The notes beneath the pieces are model-generated. The model was not told where the DNA came from. It was given only the letters and a program-made list of their open reading frames with translations, and made no database searches. A DNA stretch of 64,000 bases from Carpediemonas membranifera BICM (lineage: Eukaryota; Protista; Fornicata): NCBI GenBank assembly GCA_019828565.1, contig JAHDYR010000038.1:760735-824734 (forward strand). Direction: 5' to 3'. The translations under genes and the position numbers were made by a program. The number at the start of each line of letters is the position of its first letter. Position 1 is the first letter of the stretch. Of the stretch, positions 42,318-52,688 are shown piece by piece.

Positions 42318-43100
42318 TTAATCGGACTCCTCGGGCACCCGCTTGACCCGCCAGTTCGAGTACGACAGCCCGGTGGCCCGGCTCCGCCACTCCGCCTGCC
42401 GCTTCACAGGCTCCCCGTCGCCCTCAAACGGCGGGTCGTCGATGGTGAACGACGTCAGCTCGGGCCCAGTCCTAGTGGCCCGGGACCGGATCTGTGCACG
42501 GGCTACGGACTCGGGCAGGGTCACCGTCTTCTTCGCCCTGAGGAGGACAGCGTACTTCTGCTTCATGCGAATGCTTGGGTAGACGTCAAGGGCCCGGGCG
42601 GCGTCGCTGAGTGGGATGACCACCTCGTCTGCGGCCATTCGAGTGAGCGGCTCCTCGGGGATGGGCGCGGTTGGCTCGGTATGCGGCACTGCCTCCCGGA
42701 CGACGATCTGCTCCTCGGGAGGGCTGTCAGGGGTGAACCGGGGCTGCTCGCCGATCATTTGGGAAATTGGATCAAGGAGATCGGCCAATGGTGGATCGCA
42801 ATCGTCAGTATCAACATGTTGCTGGTGCTGGATTGATTTTGGCGCTTCAGATGACAGGCTGGATAGAATACTGTCCAGGATGTCTGCAATTACGGACTTT
42901 GCGATCTGCTCAGCCCTTATAGAGGATATTGTGTCTTCCGGTAGATAATACTGGCTTGGCGGCCGTACAATTACGTCTGTATGCGCCGAAGATTGCTCCA
43001 TTCCCTCTCTTGGTCTTTCCGGCGTCACGACTTCAACGGAGTCACTCCCAGTCGACCATGGCCGAGTTGCCCCCAGAGCATAGAAAGTATCTCCCGACAT
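42318..43100 (-). CDS. Hypothetical protein
   Basis: 260-aa ATG ORF; no recognisable motif. Confidence 0.55.
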   Translation of the reverse strand: MSGDTFYALGATRPWSTGSDSVEVVTPERPREGMEQSSAHTDVIVRPPSQYYLPEDTISSIRAEQIAKSVIADILDSILSSLSSEAPKSIQHQQHVDTDDCDPPLADLLDPISQMIGEQPRFTPDSPPEEQIVVREAVPHTEPTAPIPEEPLTRMAADEVVIPLSDAARALDVYPSIRMKQKYAVLLRAKKTVTLPESVARAQIRSRATRTGPELTSFTIDDPPFEGDGEPVKRQAEWRSRATGLSYSNWRVKRVPEESD

Positions 43101-43380
43101 GTCCAGCTAGTTCTTCCCGTTGCTACCCACTTGACATCTGGCTGACGAGTTGAGGCATTTCATCCAGAACCCTCGGCCAAGGGCTGATGTGAGTCATGGA
43201 CGTACTATGCGGTAACACCACCCAATCGTGCCGTAGAATGCCCATTTCCTTGTTTGACAACCGGAGAATATTCAACCGCTGGGAAAATGGCGCGAAAAAT
43301 TCGGGCCAATACAAGTGTTCAAAGTCTATTTTATGCATCAAACTTATGGTTGGTCTATGTACACAGCCGGATCACCGCGC

Positions 43381-43869
43381 CTAGGCGGTGTCATAGCTCC
43401 AACTGGCCGTGAGTATGATCGTCACCCGCCGCACGAGATCCACCCAGGGGGCACAGTTCACCGGCATACTATCGTCTAGTCCTGCCTTGTACACCCGTCT
43501 ACGGCGGCTGTAGTAGTTCTCGAGGGCGGGGTTCGTGAGAGAGGTCGTCGAGGCAGAGAGGGGATGGAGCTTCTTGACGGGCTTGCGTGTTTTGGGGATA
43601 TGAGCCTCCTTCATGTAGGCCTTGATGGTCTTTCTATCTATTTCCAAGATCCTACAGACGTCAGAGACGCTGATTCCCGTGTTAAGCATCAAAATCGCGC
43701 GTTTCTGCACAATATCTGAGCATTCTTTCTCTTCTTCTACGGTATGACCTAATGCTTTTCTATGTCTAATACTACCAGTAACCATGGCGTGCAGCGTTTC
43801 GTTGCCCGATCCGCGCGCAGCGTTGACACAGTGTCGTCGACTCGCCCGCCGAGTCGGTCGATCAGTCAT
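43381..43869 (-). CDS. Small helix-turn-helix protein
   Basis: ILMLNTGISVSDVCRILEIDRKTIKAYM fits an HTH pattern. Start uncertain. Confidence 0.45.
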   Translation of the reverse strand: MTDRPTRRASRRHCVNAARGSGNETLHAMVTGSIRHRKALGHTVEEEKECSDIVQKRAILMLNTGISVSDVCRILEIDRKTIKAYMKEAHIPKTRKPVKKLHPLSASTTSLTNPALENYYSRRRRVYKAGLDDSMPVNCAPWVDLVRRVTIILTASWSYDTA

Positions 43870-44293
43870 GCCTTCGGCTGAGACAGTCAAGGGCTGAAAC
43901 GGCGGGGGTGGGACTGGTATTGTGTTTAAGAGCCATTCTAGTCTTCTTGGAATTGGATTAATGCGCAACCGGTCAAAAACTACCTGTGCTCGTCAAGTCG
44001 GAGATTATCGAGATTATTGAGATGCGCAAAAAAACAAACGAAGAAATGGGGCTATACAGGCTCCAATCCCCGATAGGATCTGTATGCCCCGGTCTCTCAT
44101 TCATTCATTTTTTTGAGTATCCGATGGATGTCCCAGTTAGGAGATCGCACGATCGAGTCTCAAAAACACTTGCAAGGCACATTGGCGTGTTTTTATGCGG
44201 CCCTGCCGATCATCTGCAGGAGAGTTCATCGTCTGACCTCTCGGCCTAAAGTGCACACTGCAAACAACCAGGCTTCGTTTCTTCAGGCATTTA

Positions 44294-45040
44294 TCAGGCA
44301 ATAGCGCTGCCGTGTCCAAGCTGCTGGGAGATGTCGCACAGAGGCACGAAGCTGACACCCATGAGCCTGTGCTTCTCGACGCGGGTCGGAGTCTTCTTCA
44401 CGAGCCACAGATACTGTCCCTGGTCCTGCAGGGGGATCAGCATGATGCCGCCGACCCTTAGCTGGCTGAGCAGGGGCTGCGGGATGCTCTGGGCGGTGGC
44501 GCCGACGTGGATGATATCGAACGGTGCAAGGTCCGGTGCCCCATGTCTGCCGTCCCCGACCCTCAACTCGATGGTGCCGTCCTCGAGGTACTTGTACGCC
44601 ACTGGGTCGGCCATGATGTTGTCCCGGGCCTGGTCGACGAGGGGCCCGCAGTGGTCGATGCCGACGACACAGGCCGCGAGACCATGGCAGGCGAGGAGGT
44701 TGGCGATGGCTGCAACGGTCCAACCTGAGCCCGAGCCGACGTCGAGCACCCTCACTGGCCGACTCTCCTCAGAGTCCGCCAGACCCGTCGGGCCACTGTC
44801 GAAGTCCCTCCCGACGTTCTCAGAGATGTACTCGAGCATGATGGCGTGCATGTGGGGGGCACTGATTGTCGCCCCGAACCCGATGTACTGGGGTGCGTCC
44901 TGGTATGGGCTGTCAGGGCAGTAGAACCGCCGGTCCGTCTGGAGGAAGGCCTCGAAGACCTCGTCTGTTCGTATTAGCGCTGTATTTCGCAGGTTTTGCA
45001 CGAGGCGCGAGTGGGAGCTGGCACTACAGGTCCATGACAT
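44294..45040 (-). CDS. PCMT1: Protein-L-isoaspartate O-methyltransferase
   Basis: MSWTCS, PYQDAPQYIGFGATISAPHMHA, VLDVGSGSG, VGDGR.G, APFDIIHVGA. Confidence 0.93.
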   Translation of the reverse strand: MSWTCSASSHSRLVQNLRNTALIRTDEVFEAFLQTDRRFYCPDSPYQDAPQYIGFGATISAPHMHAIMLEYISENVGRDFDSGPTGLADSEESRPVRVLDVGSGSGWTVAAIANLLACHGLAACVVGIDHCGPLVDQARDNIMADPVAYKYLEDGTIELRVGDGRHGAPDLAPFDIIHVGATAQSIPQPLLSQLRVGGIMLIPLQDQGQYLWLVKKTPTRVEKHRLMGVSFVPLCDISQQLGHGSAIA

Positions 45041-45198
45041 GGTTGTAAAAAACTTTGGGGAGTTACAGTGTATTGTAAGACACCCCGCAGAAAGGGTTCG
45101 TACGAATGTCCGCAATAGCCTTAGTAGCCGGGTCCGTGTGGCCATCAAACGAACGCCGCCAGTCTGCCCGCCACATGCGTTTACCGACACAACGGCCC

Positions 45199-46061
45199 TC
45201 ACGATGTGCGGGTCACGGGCGAGCACACCTCCTGCAGTGCCCCAGGATCAATGGCGACGGGGAGGCAGATGGGCGGGGCCTCCTCGACCTTGGCCCAGCT
45301 GTTGCTCTCACAGCGGAGCAGCGTCAGGCAGACCGCGACCCAGAGCAGGGCTGTGCAGTTTACCCCGACATAGGCAAACATCGGGAATGCCGTGGGGACG
45401 GCGAGCAGGACGACGAGGAACGACCAGACGCCGAAGAAGGTCGCCCACTCCGAGATGCGGGGGTACGTCTGCCGGTCTCGGATGAACATAAGGCCGCCAA
45501 TTACGATGGCGATAGCACTGGTAGCAGCCCCTAGGATGAAGCCGATGTCGCCGCCGAACACCCAGTCAGGCACGGCTGTCAGGGTCCATATTATGCCCAG
45601 GATCACCGCCCTGACGATGTTCCACGTGGTGTGGGACCGGGGGTGGCCGCTGACCTGCTTGGCCAGGAGCCCGGGACCCATGCGGGGTGGGCGGAGCTCG
45701 TTCTCCTGTCGGGTTGCGGGCACGCGGAGCAGAGGTCGCATGTGGAATGCCCTCATGGTTGCTATGCCGAGCAGTGCGGCGAATATGGCCTGTATGGGGT
45801 CGCCTACGAGGGAGTCGAGATAGGGCTCCGCGGATACACGCGGGAAAACGATGAAGTAGGAGGACGTTGCTATATAGGAGATGGCCTCTAAGGTTTCCCA
45901 CGCAAAGCCGAAGAAGATTGTGAGCTGTGTGAGGCGGGCATGGAGGAACAGACACTGGTGGAGCCAAGGATGAAGAACACGGCGAGGGCGTTCGTCAGAT
46001 GCTGATGTGGCCACTTGGTAATCTCAGTGAAGAACTCTAACCGCTCTAAATGGCCAATCAT
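45199..46061 (-). CDS. Hypothetical multi-pass membrane protein (29-nt intron 45925..45953)
   Basis: ATG at 46061 splices in frame to the ORF; several hydrophobic segments. Confidence 0.6.
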
Positions 46062-46190
46062 CGGTTCTTTTCGTCTGTACTCTGGTGCATGTCATCATAT
46101 CCGATGACTCCAAACCGACTCTGAGCAGAAACTGGCACCATAGGCACATTACATCGCATATCCACTCCACATGTCACTGCCAAGAGGCCA

Positions 46191-47019
46191 TCAATCCTGG
46201 TGGGCCCGGCACCAATTCCCCACGATGTCGTAGAACTCCGCGGGGTTGTCCCTCATCATCGCATGGCCCGACCGACACACCATAAACTGCGGGATATCGC
46301 CCAGCCGGTCCAGGACGGGCATGTCGCCGTTCTCCTCGCCGTATACGTATCCGGCAGGCACTCTGAGTCGATGGAGGGTGTCCAGCAGCGACGGCGAGGC
46401 ATCGCTGCACGCCACGAGGTCCTTCGCGGCCCTGTACACCGTCCTTGGTGTCAGCGGGGCAACGTCCAAGTAGGGGACAGCCGCAAGCTTGGGGGCAAAG
46501 CGGGGGTAGGCCGCGATGAAGTCGGCCTCAGGCCTGGCCGCGATGCCCCTACTGAAGAGCGAGCAGTCTTCCGCGACGAGGTTGCCCTCAGCGATGAGGA
46601 GGGATCCGATGGTCGCCCTGTCCTCGAGCAGAGCCTCGGGGAGCTTCAGCACGACCGCACCGCCCATGGAGTGGGCCACTAGATGGATGCGGCTGGAATG
46701 CTGCTTGAGATGACGGATGGCGGTCTCGCAGGCCCCGGCAAGGGCGGCCATGGTCGGGTCGGGGAGGTGCTCGCTCTGGCCAAAGCCCGGCAGGTCAAGG
46801 GAAGCGATGGAGAAGTCGGGTGTAAGAGACGGGGATGTGAAGGCGTCGTCAAATATGGTCGTGCTGCAGCAGAGCCCGTGGACGAAGAGTATAAGGGGAG
46901 ATTCGGCACCCCTGAGGGCGTGGAACACTTGGTAAGACGGGAAAGAGGTTATACAAACCAGGAAAGCTTCCAGCACCACTGTTATTATTTAGAGAGAGGA
47001 TAGTCTTTGAGACCTCCAT
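46191..47019 (-). CDS. Alpha/beta hydrolase (31-nt intron 46928..46958)
   Basis: FVHGL, DLPGFGQS, nucleophile AHSMGG, catalytic His in SGHAMM.DNP. Confidence 0.88.
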
Positions 47020-47664
47020 CGATCTGCCAACTTGGTCTATTCTGACAATTCATGCGACGTAACGAGAGGCCCGTGGGTCGGCACCGTGGTGCTAATGCGG
47101 TAGGCTTCGGTCTGCCCTGGCGTTTATCAGCGTGGACGTAGTAGCGTAGACCACAGGAACTCGATTTGACTGCTGTTGCGGAAGACCGTCATGCCCAAAG
47201 CAGGCGTGTCTGCTCGATACCCAAGTCTCAACTTGACCGCGCGATATTTGTGACACAGGAGGCTGTGCCGGCCCTCAACCCGGCTGGGACACGAAAGCGA
47301 GACGAGCGTGTGCCCAATATTCCACACCAAAGTGATACTGCAGCGGTTGTATCGCACCAGCAAACTATCCATAACGCACAAACATTCATTTCTGGCTCAG
47401 ATCGTGCAGCTGTTTTACTAAAACGGCGTGTTTAGAGCAACTGGACCTTGTAGGTGGGCTCGCCCCTCCCACTCTTATAACCAATGTTCCTCATCGTCCC
47501 ACTTGATGTACCACGATAATCAATTGTCGTCTCCGTCGTTTCTTGCATGTCCATTGTCCTACAAAATTGTGTGGCTGAGAAGTTGATCGGATCTCAGCTA
47601 GATATGATGATATCCACCGATGCATCGCCGCTCATCTCCGTTTAAACTAGTAGTACAAACTATC

Positions 47665-49122
47665 TCAGACCATACTGGCACACCTGTCCGTCGTGGCCGG
47701 CTCCGTCTCATCTGACGGCAGGTCGTCATCAGGCCCCAGGCCGTCCTCGTCGTCGTCAATAAACGTCTCGACGGTATCCTCGGTCTCCTCGATGAGGTGG
47801 AACACGCCCTCGTCATCGAGCTTTGGGTGGGCGGTGTTGATGCCGAAGACCCCGAGGCAGAGGATGCCCGCCCCGATGGCGACGAACGTGATCAGCAGGA
47901 CGACGCCGCCAATGAATGCGGTGGCAACGAATATGAGGAAAACCATCCAGACGAAGTGCATGATGGTCATAAACGTGCTCGCGGCCGCCGTATCGACCTC
48001 TGTGACGCTGGATAGGTCATAAACTGCGACAGAGTCACATTCCGGCATGCCCATGACCAACACAGTGTCACTCAAACTCACCGCAGTCGCCTTCGAGTTC
48101 TTGGGCCTGGCAGCACCCTGTAGCACCCAGCGGCCGTCGAATACGAACACGAAAGCCCGTCCGTCGCTTGAATCCAGCACAGCTAGGGTCGCAGCTTGGC
48201 CGGCACTCTGGACCATCGCGATATCTGCCCCGAATTCAGAGGAGTCGGGGAGAGTATCCGGCGCCAGGACGCCCTGGATTGCCCACACGCCATTGTACCG
48301 CGTGTACACCGCCACAGTGCCCGATCCAGGGGCAGATACGGCGAGATACGACTCAGTCAGCGCTATGGCTGCCCCGAACTGCGGCTCTGTCTCCATGAAG
48401 GGGGACGTCAGCACCTGGCCGGCTGACCATGCCGACCCCGCCCTTGTGAACGTGACCACGCGGCCAGTGGTGGTGGAGACCACCGCAGTGTTGTCGTACA
48501 GCGCCACATGTGTGCCGAACTGGGCACCCGTCGCTGGTGCCGGGTCGACCAGGGTCACCTGGTGCACGAAGGGGTTGGCGGCGTCGGCCCTGGTGAAGAT
48601 GTGGACCGCGCCGTGCTGGTTGGCATCATATGCCCCGACAGCGAGGGTAGTGCCGCACAGGGCAAGCGCCCCACCGAACTTGCTGGCCTCCTCGGGGATG
48701 ACCTGGCTGAGCGTCCACGTGGAGCCCGCCTGGACGAAGATGAAGACAGAGCCGTTGTCAGCTTCCCTGTCGAAGGCGGACAAGGCCATCGTGGACCCTT
48801 GCACAGTGCTGACCAGAGAGAAATAGACAAAGTTGGCAGCGGCGTCTTCAGCATCAACACTGTGCAAAAAGGTCCATTTCGAGCCATCCCAGGAGTATAT
48901 CGAGGCTATACCGCCATTGGAGTACGATTCAGAGAAGTCTGGGCTTCCCACAACCATCGTGCCGTCGGCAATAGAAATAGACGTGCCGAAGGATGCAGAG
49001 GCGTCGAGCGGGGACTCGATCTCTTGCAAGAGTGGGTTAGACGCATATACAAGCACGATTAACAGTAGCAGGAGCATCAAACAATGATTCCATTTCCACA
49101 TTGCCACCACGAACAACTCCAT
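47665..49122 (-). CDS. FG-GAP repeat type I membrane protein with acidic tail
   Basis: Signal peptide, FGxxVA...VGA..GAVxIF repeats, long hydrophobic segment, D/E-rich C-terminus. Confidence 0.8.
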   Translation of the reverse strand: MELFVVAMWKWNHCLMLLLLLIVLVYASNPLLQEIESPLDASASFGTSISIADGTMVVGSPDFSESYSNGGIASIYSWDGSKWTFLHSVDAEDAAANFVYFSLVSTVQGSTMALSAFDREADNGSVFIFVQAGSTWTLSQVIPEEASKFGGALALCGTTLAVGAYDANQHGAVHIFTRADAANPFVHQVTLVDPAPATGAQFGTHVALYDNTAVVSTTTGRVVTFTRAGSAWSAGQVLTSPFMETEPQFGAAIALTESYLAVSAPGSGTVAVYTRYNGVWAIQGVLAPDTLPDSSEFGADIAMVQSAGQAATLAVLDSSDGRAFVFVFDGRWVLQGAARPKNSKATAVSLSDTVLVMGMPECDSVAVYDLSSVTEVDTAAASTFMTIMHFVWMVFLIFVATAFIGGVVLLITFVAIGAGILCLGVFGINTAHPKLDDEGVFHLIEETEDTVETFIDDDEDGLGPDDDLPSDETEPATTDRCASMV

Positions 49123-49170
49123 GACCTGCTCAGACCACCACCATGCTACTTTACAACGCCCGCCCCAGCC

Positions 49171-52100
49171 TCACATGGGCTCGCTCATCGTGAGCTGGAC
49201 CTCCCTCCGCCCCGGACTCACCGTCCGCACGACGTTCACACTGGTCAGCCCAGCCCCCGTTGACGCCTGCCCGTAGTACGCTGTCTTACCGCTGTCCAGG
49301 TCCCGCCGGGTCATGGGGGCGGCTGTCTGGGTGTAGGGCTGGGTACTCGGGTCCGTGTAGAAGCGGCGGGCGGGGTCGTACTGGGACGACAGCGGGGTCT
49401 CGCTGGCCTTGAAGGACGGTCCCATATCGGTCACCCGCAGCGGCCTGGGCACATAGGTGCTCTGCCCTTGCCCCCACCGCGTGGCCCGGGCCGACTCCTG
49501 GTAAGGCTGGGTCCCGGTCTCCCGGGGGGTCTCGGACACTCTCCGGCTCAGCGCGGACCTCTCGGTCCTGGTCAGCTCGAGCTCCTGCTCTAGATCCCGC
49601 TGCCTCTGCTTCGAGTTTGTCAGGGCGACCTCCTTGGCGCCGAGCTTCGTGGAAAGATCCTCCGCCGTGTCCCTGAACCGCCTGATGTCCCGGGCCGCGT
49701 CGAGCAGGTCGGCCTGCTGCTGGGCGACCCTCTGCCCGAGCTCCTCGATGGTGCGGCTGCTCCTTGTGGCCCTGTCAGCGGCGTCCTTGCCCTGCCGTGT
49801 CAACTGCTGGACCCTGGACTGCAGCCCCTGGTTCGCACGGTCGAGCTCGCCGTTGGCCTCCTGGAGCTCGGCAACCTTGGCCTTCAGTGCCTCCGTCTCC
49901 GCCATCAGGGCCTCGTTGTCGGTCTTGCTCTCGGTCAGCAGCCGGTCGAGTTTGCCAGCCCGCCGCGTCTCCTTCTTGAGGGCGGCCTCCAGCACGTCAA
50001 CCCTGCTGGCCGCGTCCTTTGCAAGCCCTCTCTGCTGCTGTAGGGCCCGTGTGACCTCGTCCTTGGCCTGAGTCAGCGCCCGAACCTCTTCGTTCGACCG
50101 GGACAAGGATGACTTCACGTCCTCGAGCTCGGCTGCAAGCTTCTGCCGCAGCTGCGTCTCGGCGGCGAGGTTGACCTCGACCTGGTCGCGGTCCTCGGCC
50201 AGGGCCTCGTTGCTGCCACTGAGCTTCTTGCACGTCTCGTCGAGTCTGCTGACAGCTGACTGTGCCCGCTTCAGCTCGGCCGAGGTGTCGTCCAGCCTGT
50301 GCTGCAGGTCGAGCCTGGCGTTGTCCAGCTGCTCGCACTGCTCCTGCAGGTCCTGGTTGGCCGCGGCGAGGTGGTTGTTGTGGGTGTCGGCCTCCATAAG
50401 TCTCTCCGTGAGGCCCGCGACGTCCTTCGACAGCTGGGTTTCAGCGGTGGTCTTGGCAGCGAGCTTGTCGACCATCTCGGCTAGCTCGGCCTCCGTCTTG
50501 CCCAGCTTGGTCTCCAGCATGCCCTTGTCGAGTCGAAGGGTCTGCAGCTCCTCCCTGCCGTTGGCGTCGGACCGCTTGATCGCCTCAAGGTCCTCGGAGA
50601 GCGCGACAATGTCGTCCTGAAGCTTCGCGCCCACAGCACTCGCCTGGGTCGCCTTGGCATGCTCCTGTTCGGCAGCGTGGGTCGCGTCGGCCAGTTCTGA
50701 CTCGAGCCCGCAGATCCTCTTCCTGGCGGCCTCGAGGTCCTCCGCCACGCCCTCAAGCTCGGCTTCGTGATGCTCGACGTCAGCCAGCTTGGCCCTGAGC
50801 GCGATGTTCTCGCGTGTGAGAGTGTCGATCGTGTCATCAACCGCAATGTCAGGCTGGGTCGACCGGCCGGTCGAGACGATCTTGTCGAGATCTGACACCT
50901 TCATCTCCAGTGAATCGATCTTCTTATGAATGACGCTGTCTTCGCTCTTCACCTCCATCAGTGGCCGGGCGGGCTGGGGTGGCTGGGGCCGTCTCTGCGC
51001 CGTCCCTGCCGACTGTGCCCTGAGCTCTGCCTCCTCCTCGATGCGGGCGTAGTCCATGGATGGGATCTGGGACAGCGGGACCACGTACGTCTGGTGGGCG
51101 GTCGAGTTATTCTCAGACCTCGATGCGGAGGACTGTCCCAGGCGAGACTTGGTCTGCCGGACGAACTGTTTCGCGGCCTCCAGGTGGGCCTTCTCCTCCT
51201 CTGTCCTAAACTGCACCTTACTCTGCGGCTTGGGCGATTGGACCGGGCTCTGTGTGAGGGCGTTGACCATGGCCACTGTGGCGGGGTGGGGGGAGGCCGG
51301 CTTGGGCGATCCCGGGCCGGTCTGAATGGTGAGGCGGGAGGGCGTCAGGGCCCGTGTCTGGGCCGATTGGGCGATCGGCGAGGACGGGGCAGAGGTCTGG
51401 GTGAATGAGCCCTGCTGCCCTGTCCTGGGCCTGGGGCTCTGTGCGGGCATGCTCCTGGCGCCGGGTGACCGGGGCGCGGGTCTCGAGGTTTCCTGGGCCG
51501 CACCTGAGAGCCAAGCGGTCCTCAGGCGGCAGGCGTACCGCAGCAACGCGTGTGTGCGGCGGGTTTGCTCAAACTGCCGCTTCTCCGCGATCTGTGCGGC
51601 GATCTGCCGGGGCACGTTCATCCCAGCCCCGCCGGACGTGGCCCCGTTGTGCGATACGACGACGAAGGCGACGTTGAGGTTCTCCAGGCCGTCCTTGATG
51701 AGGAGCGTGAGCTTGGAGTCCCTGAACGGCACGTGATACGGGACCGCACCGGGCTTGGAGGTCCCCGCGAGGTGGGGCAGGATGGGTGAGGCGACAAGCT
51801 GCTTCTCGAGGGCCGCACGGCGACCATTCCTGGCGCTGTGGCCGGCCTTGTTCCTGCTGATGCCCTGGATGCACGCGGTGACGGCAGCAAAGCCAGTGGG
51901 GGCGTCCTTGCTCTCGGCCTCGAGCCCTGACGCGGCCGTCCACCGGGCTAGCTGGACGAGGAAGAGGCGCGTCTCCTGCTGGGCGGTGTCGTTCTCCATC
52001 TTGTACGACACCGTCCAAATGATGTGCGTGTCGACGAGTTTCGTGTGGCTGGCCTCGAGCTCGCGGACTACGTTGAACCTCTCGATGACCTTCGTCAGCT

Positions 52101-52602
52101 GGAGATCGTTCTTGACTCTAGTAGTCGACGCGTTCATTACCACCCCACGCTCTGAGTCGGAAATCCGCAGCGGAGAGGCCTCGGGTACCAGCAGGTCGTG
52201 CACGGCCTGCTCTGACACCACGACGGCCGACACAGCGACCGTCACCCGGACACCGGGGTTGGACTTCTCAAAATTGATGCCGGCCCCGAGCAGCTGGTTG
52301 ATTGCCCGGCGAAGGATCCCCTGGGGCGCGGATACGGCCGTGTCGCCGAGGATGAGCTCGTCGACGGGAACATCAGGAATGCCGGCGAAGAAAATGGCGC
52401 CGCTGGTGCCGTTGCTTATGTTCTTAATTACAGGATATACGGCCGTCTGGTAGAATGAGGACTGGGAATCCACTGAAAGGATATGGTCGAACTGGTACTG
52501 CTCATCAGAGTCCTCAGTGTGGAAAACAACTTGATTATCTGGCGAAACTGATAAGAATGGGCTATTTGCAGCGCCGTAGAGTAAGCAACTCACGCCACTC
52601 AT
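49171..52602 (-). CDS. Kinesin-like protein with degenerate motor domain and long coiled coil
   Basis: YQFDHI, GILRRAINQL and HVPFRDSKLTLLIKDGL are present; P-loop and switch motifs are degenerate. Confidence 0.8.
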   Translation of the reverse strand: MSGVSCLLYGAANSPFLSVSPDNQVVFHTEDSDEQYQFDHILSVDSQSSFYQTAVYPVIKNISNGTSGAIFFAGIPDVPVDELILGDTAVSAPQGILRRAINQLLGAGINFEKSNPGVRVTVAVSAVVVSEQAVHDLLVPEASPLRISDSERGVVMNASTTRVKNDLQLTKVIERFNVVRELEASHTKLVDTHIIWTVSYKMENDTAQQETRLFLVQLARWTAASGLEAESKDAPTGFAAVTACIQGISRNKAGHSARNGRRAALEKQLVASPILPHLAGTSKPGAVPYHVPFRDSKLTLLIKDGLENLNVAFVVVSHNGATSGGAGMNVPRQIAAQIAEKRQFEQTRRTHALLRYACRLRTAWLSGAAQETSRPAPRSPGARSMPAQSPRPRTGQQGSFTQTSAPSSPIAQSAQTRALTPSRLTIQTGPGSPKPASPHPATVAMVNALTQSPVQSPKPQSKVQFRTEEEKAHLEAAKQFVRQTKSRLGQSSASRSENNSTAHQTYVVPLSQIPSMDYARIEEEAELRAQSAGTAQRRPQPPQPARPLMEVKSEDSVIHKKIDSLEMKVSDLDKIVSTGRSTQPDIAVDDTIDTLTRENIALRAKLADVEHHEAELEGVAEDLEAARKRICGLESELADATHAAEQEHAKATQASAVGAKLQDDIVALSEDLEAIKRSDANGREELQTLRLDKGMLETKLGKTEAELAEMVDKLAAKTTAETQLSKDVAGLTERLMEADTHNNHLAAANQDLQEQCEQLDNARLDLQHRLDDTSAELKRAQSAVSRLDETCKKLSGSNEALAEDRDQVEVNLAAETQLRQKLAAELEDVKSSLSRSNEEVRALTQAKDEVTRALQQQRGLAKDAASRVDVLEAALKKETRRAGKLDRLLTESKTDNEALMAETEALKAKVAELQEANGELDRANQGLQSRVQQLTRQGKDAADRATRSSRTIEELGQRVAQQQADLLDAARDIRRFRDTAEDLSTKLGAKEVALTNSKQRQRDLEQELELTRTERSALSRRVSETPRETGTQPYQESARATRWGQGQSTYVPRPLRVTDMGPSFKASETPLSSQYDPARRFYTDPSTQPYTQTAAPMTRRDLDSGKTAYYGQASTGAGLTSVNVVRTVSPGRREVQLTMSEPM

Positions 52603-52688
52603 TCAGGAATTTGCCCAAGTTTTCGTGTCTAAAGTGCAGTTTATGTCGCATCATCCTAGATTTGGTTCCTGGCTATGATGGGCAGAAT

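Noticed and set aside
47339-47360. About 18/21-nt match to the upstream region of the duplicated unit (~12659-12679)
   Set aside because: A match this short is expected by chance in 64 kb, and it does not extend.
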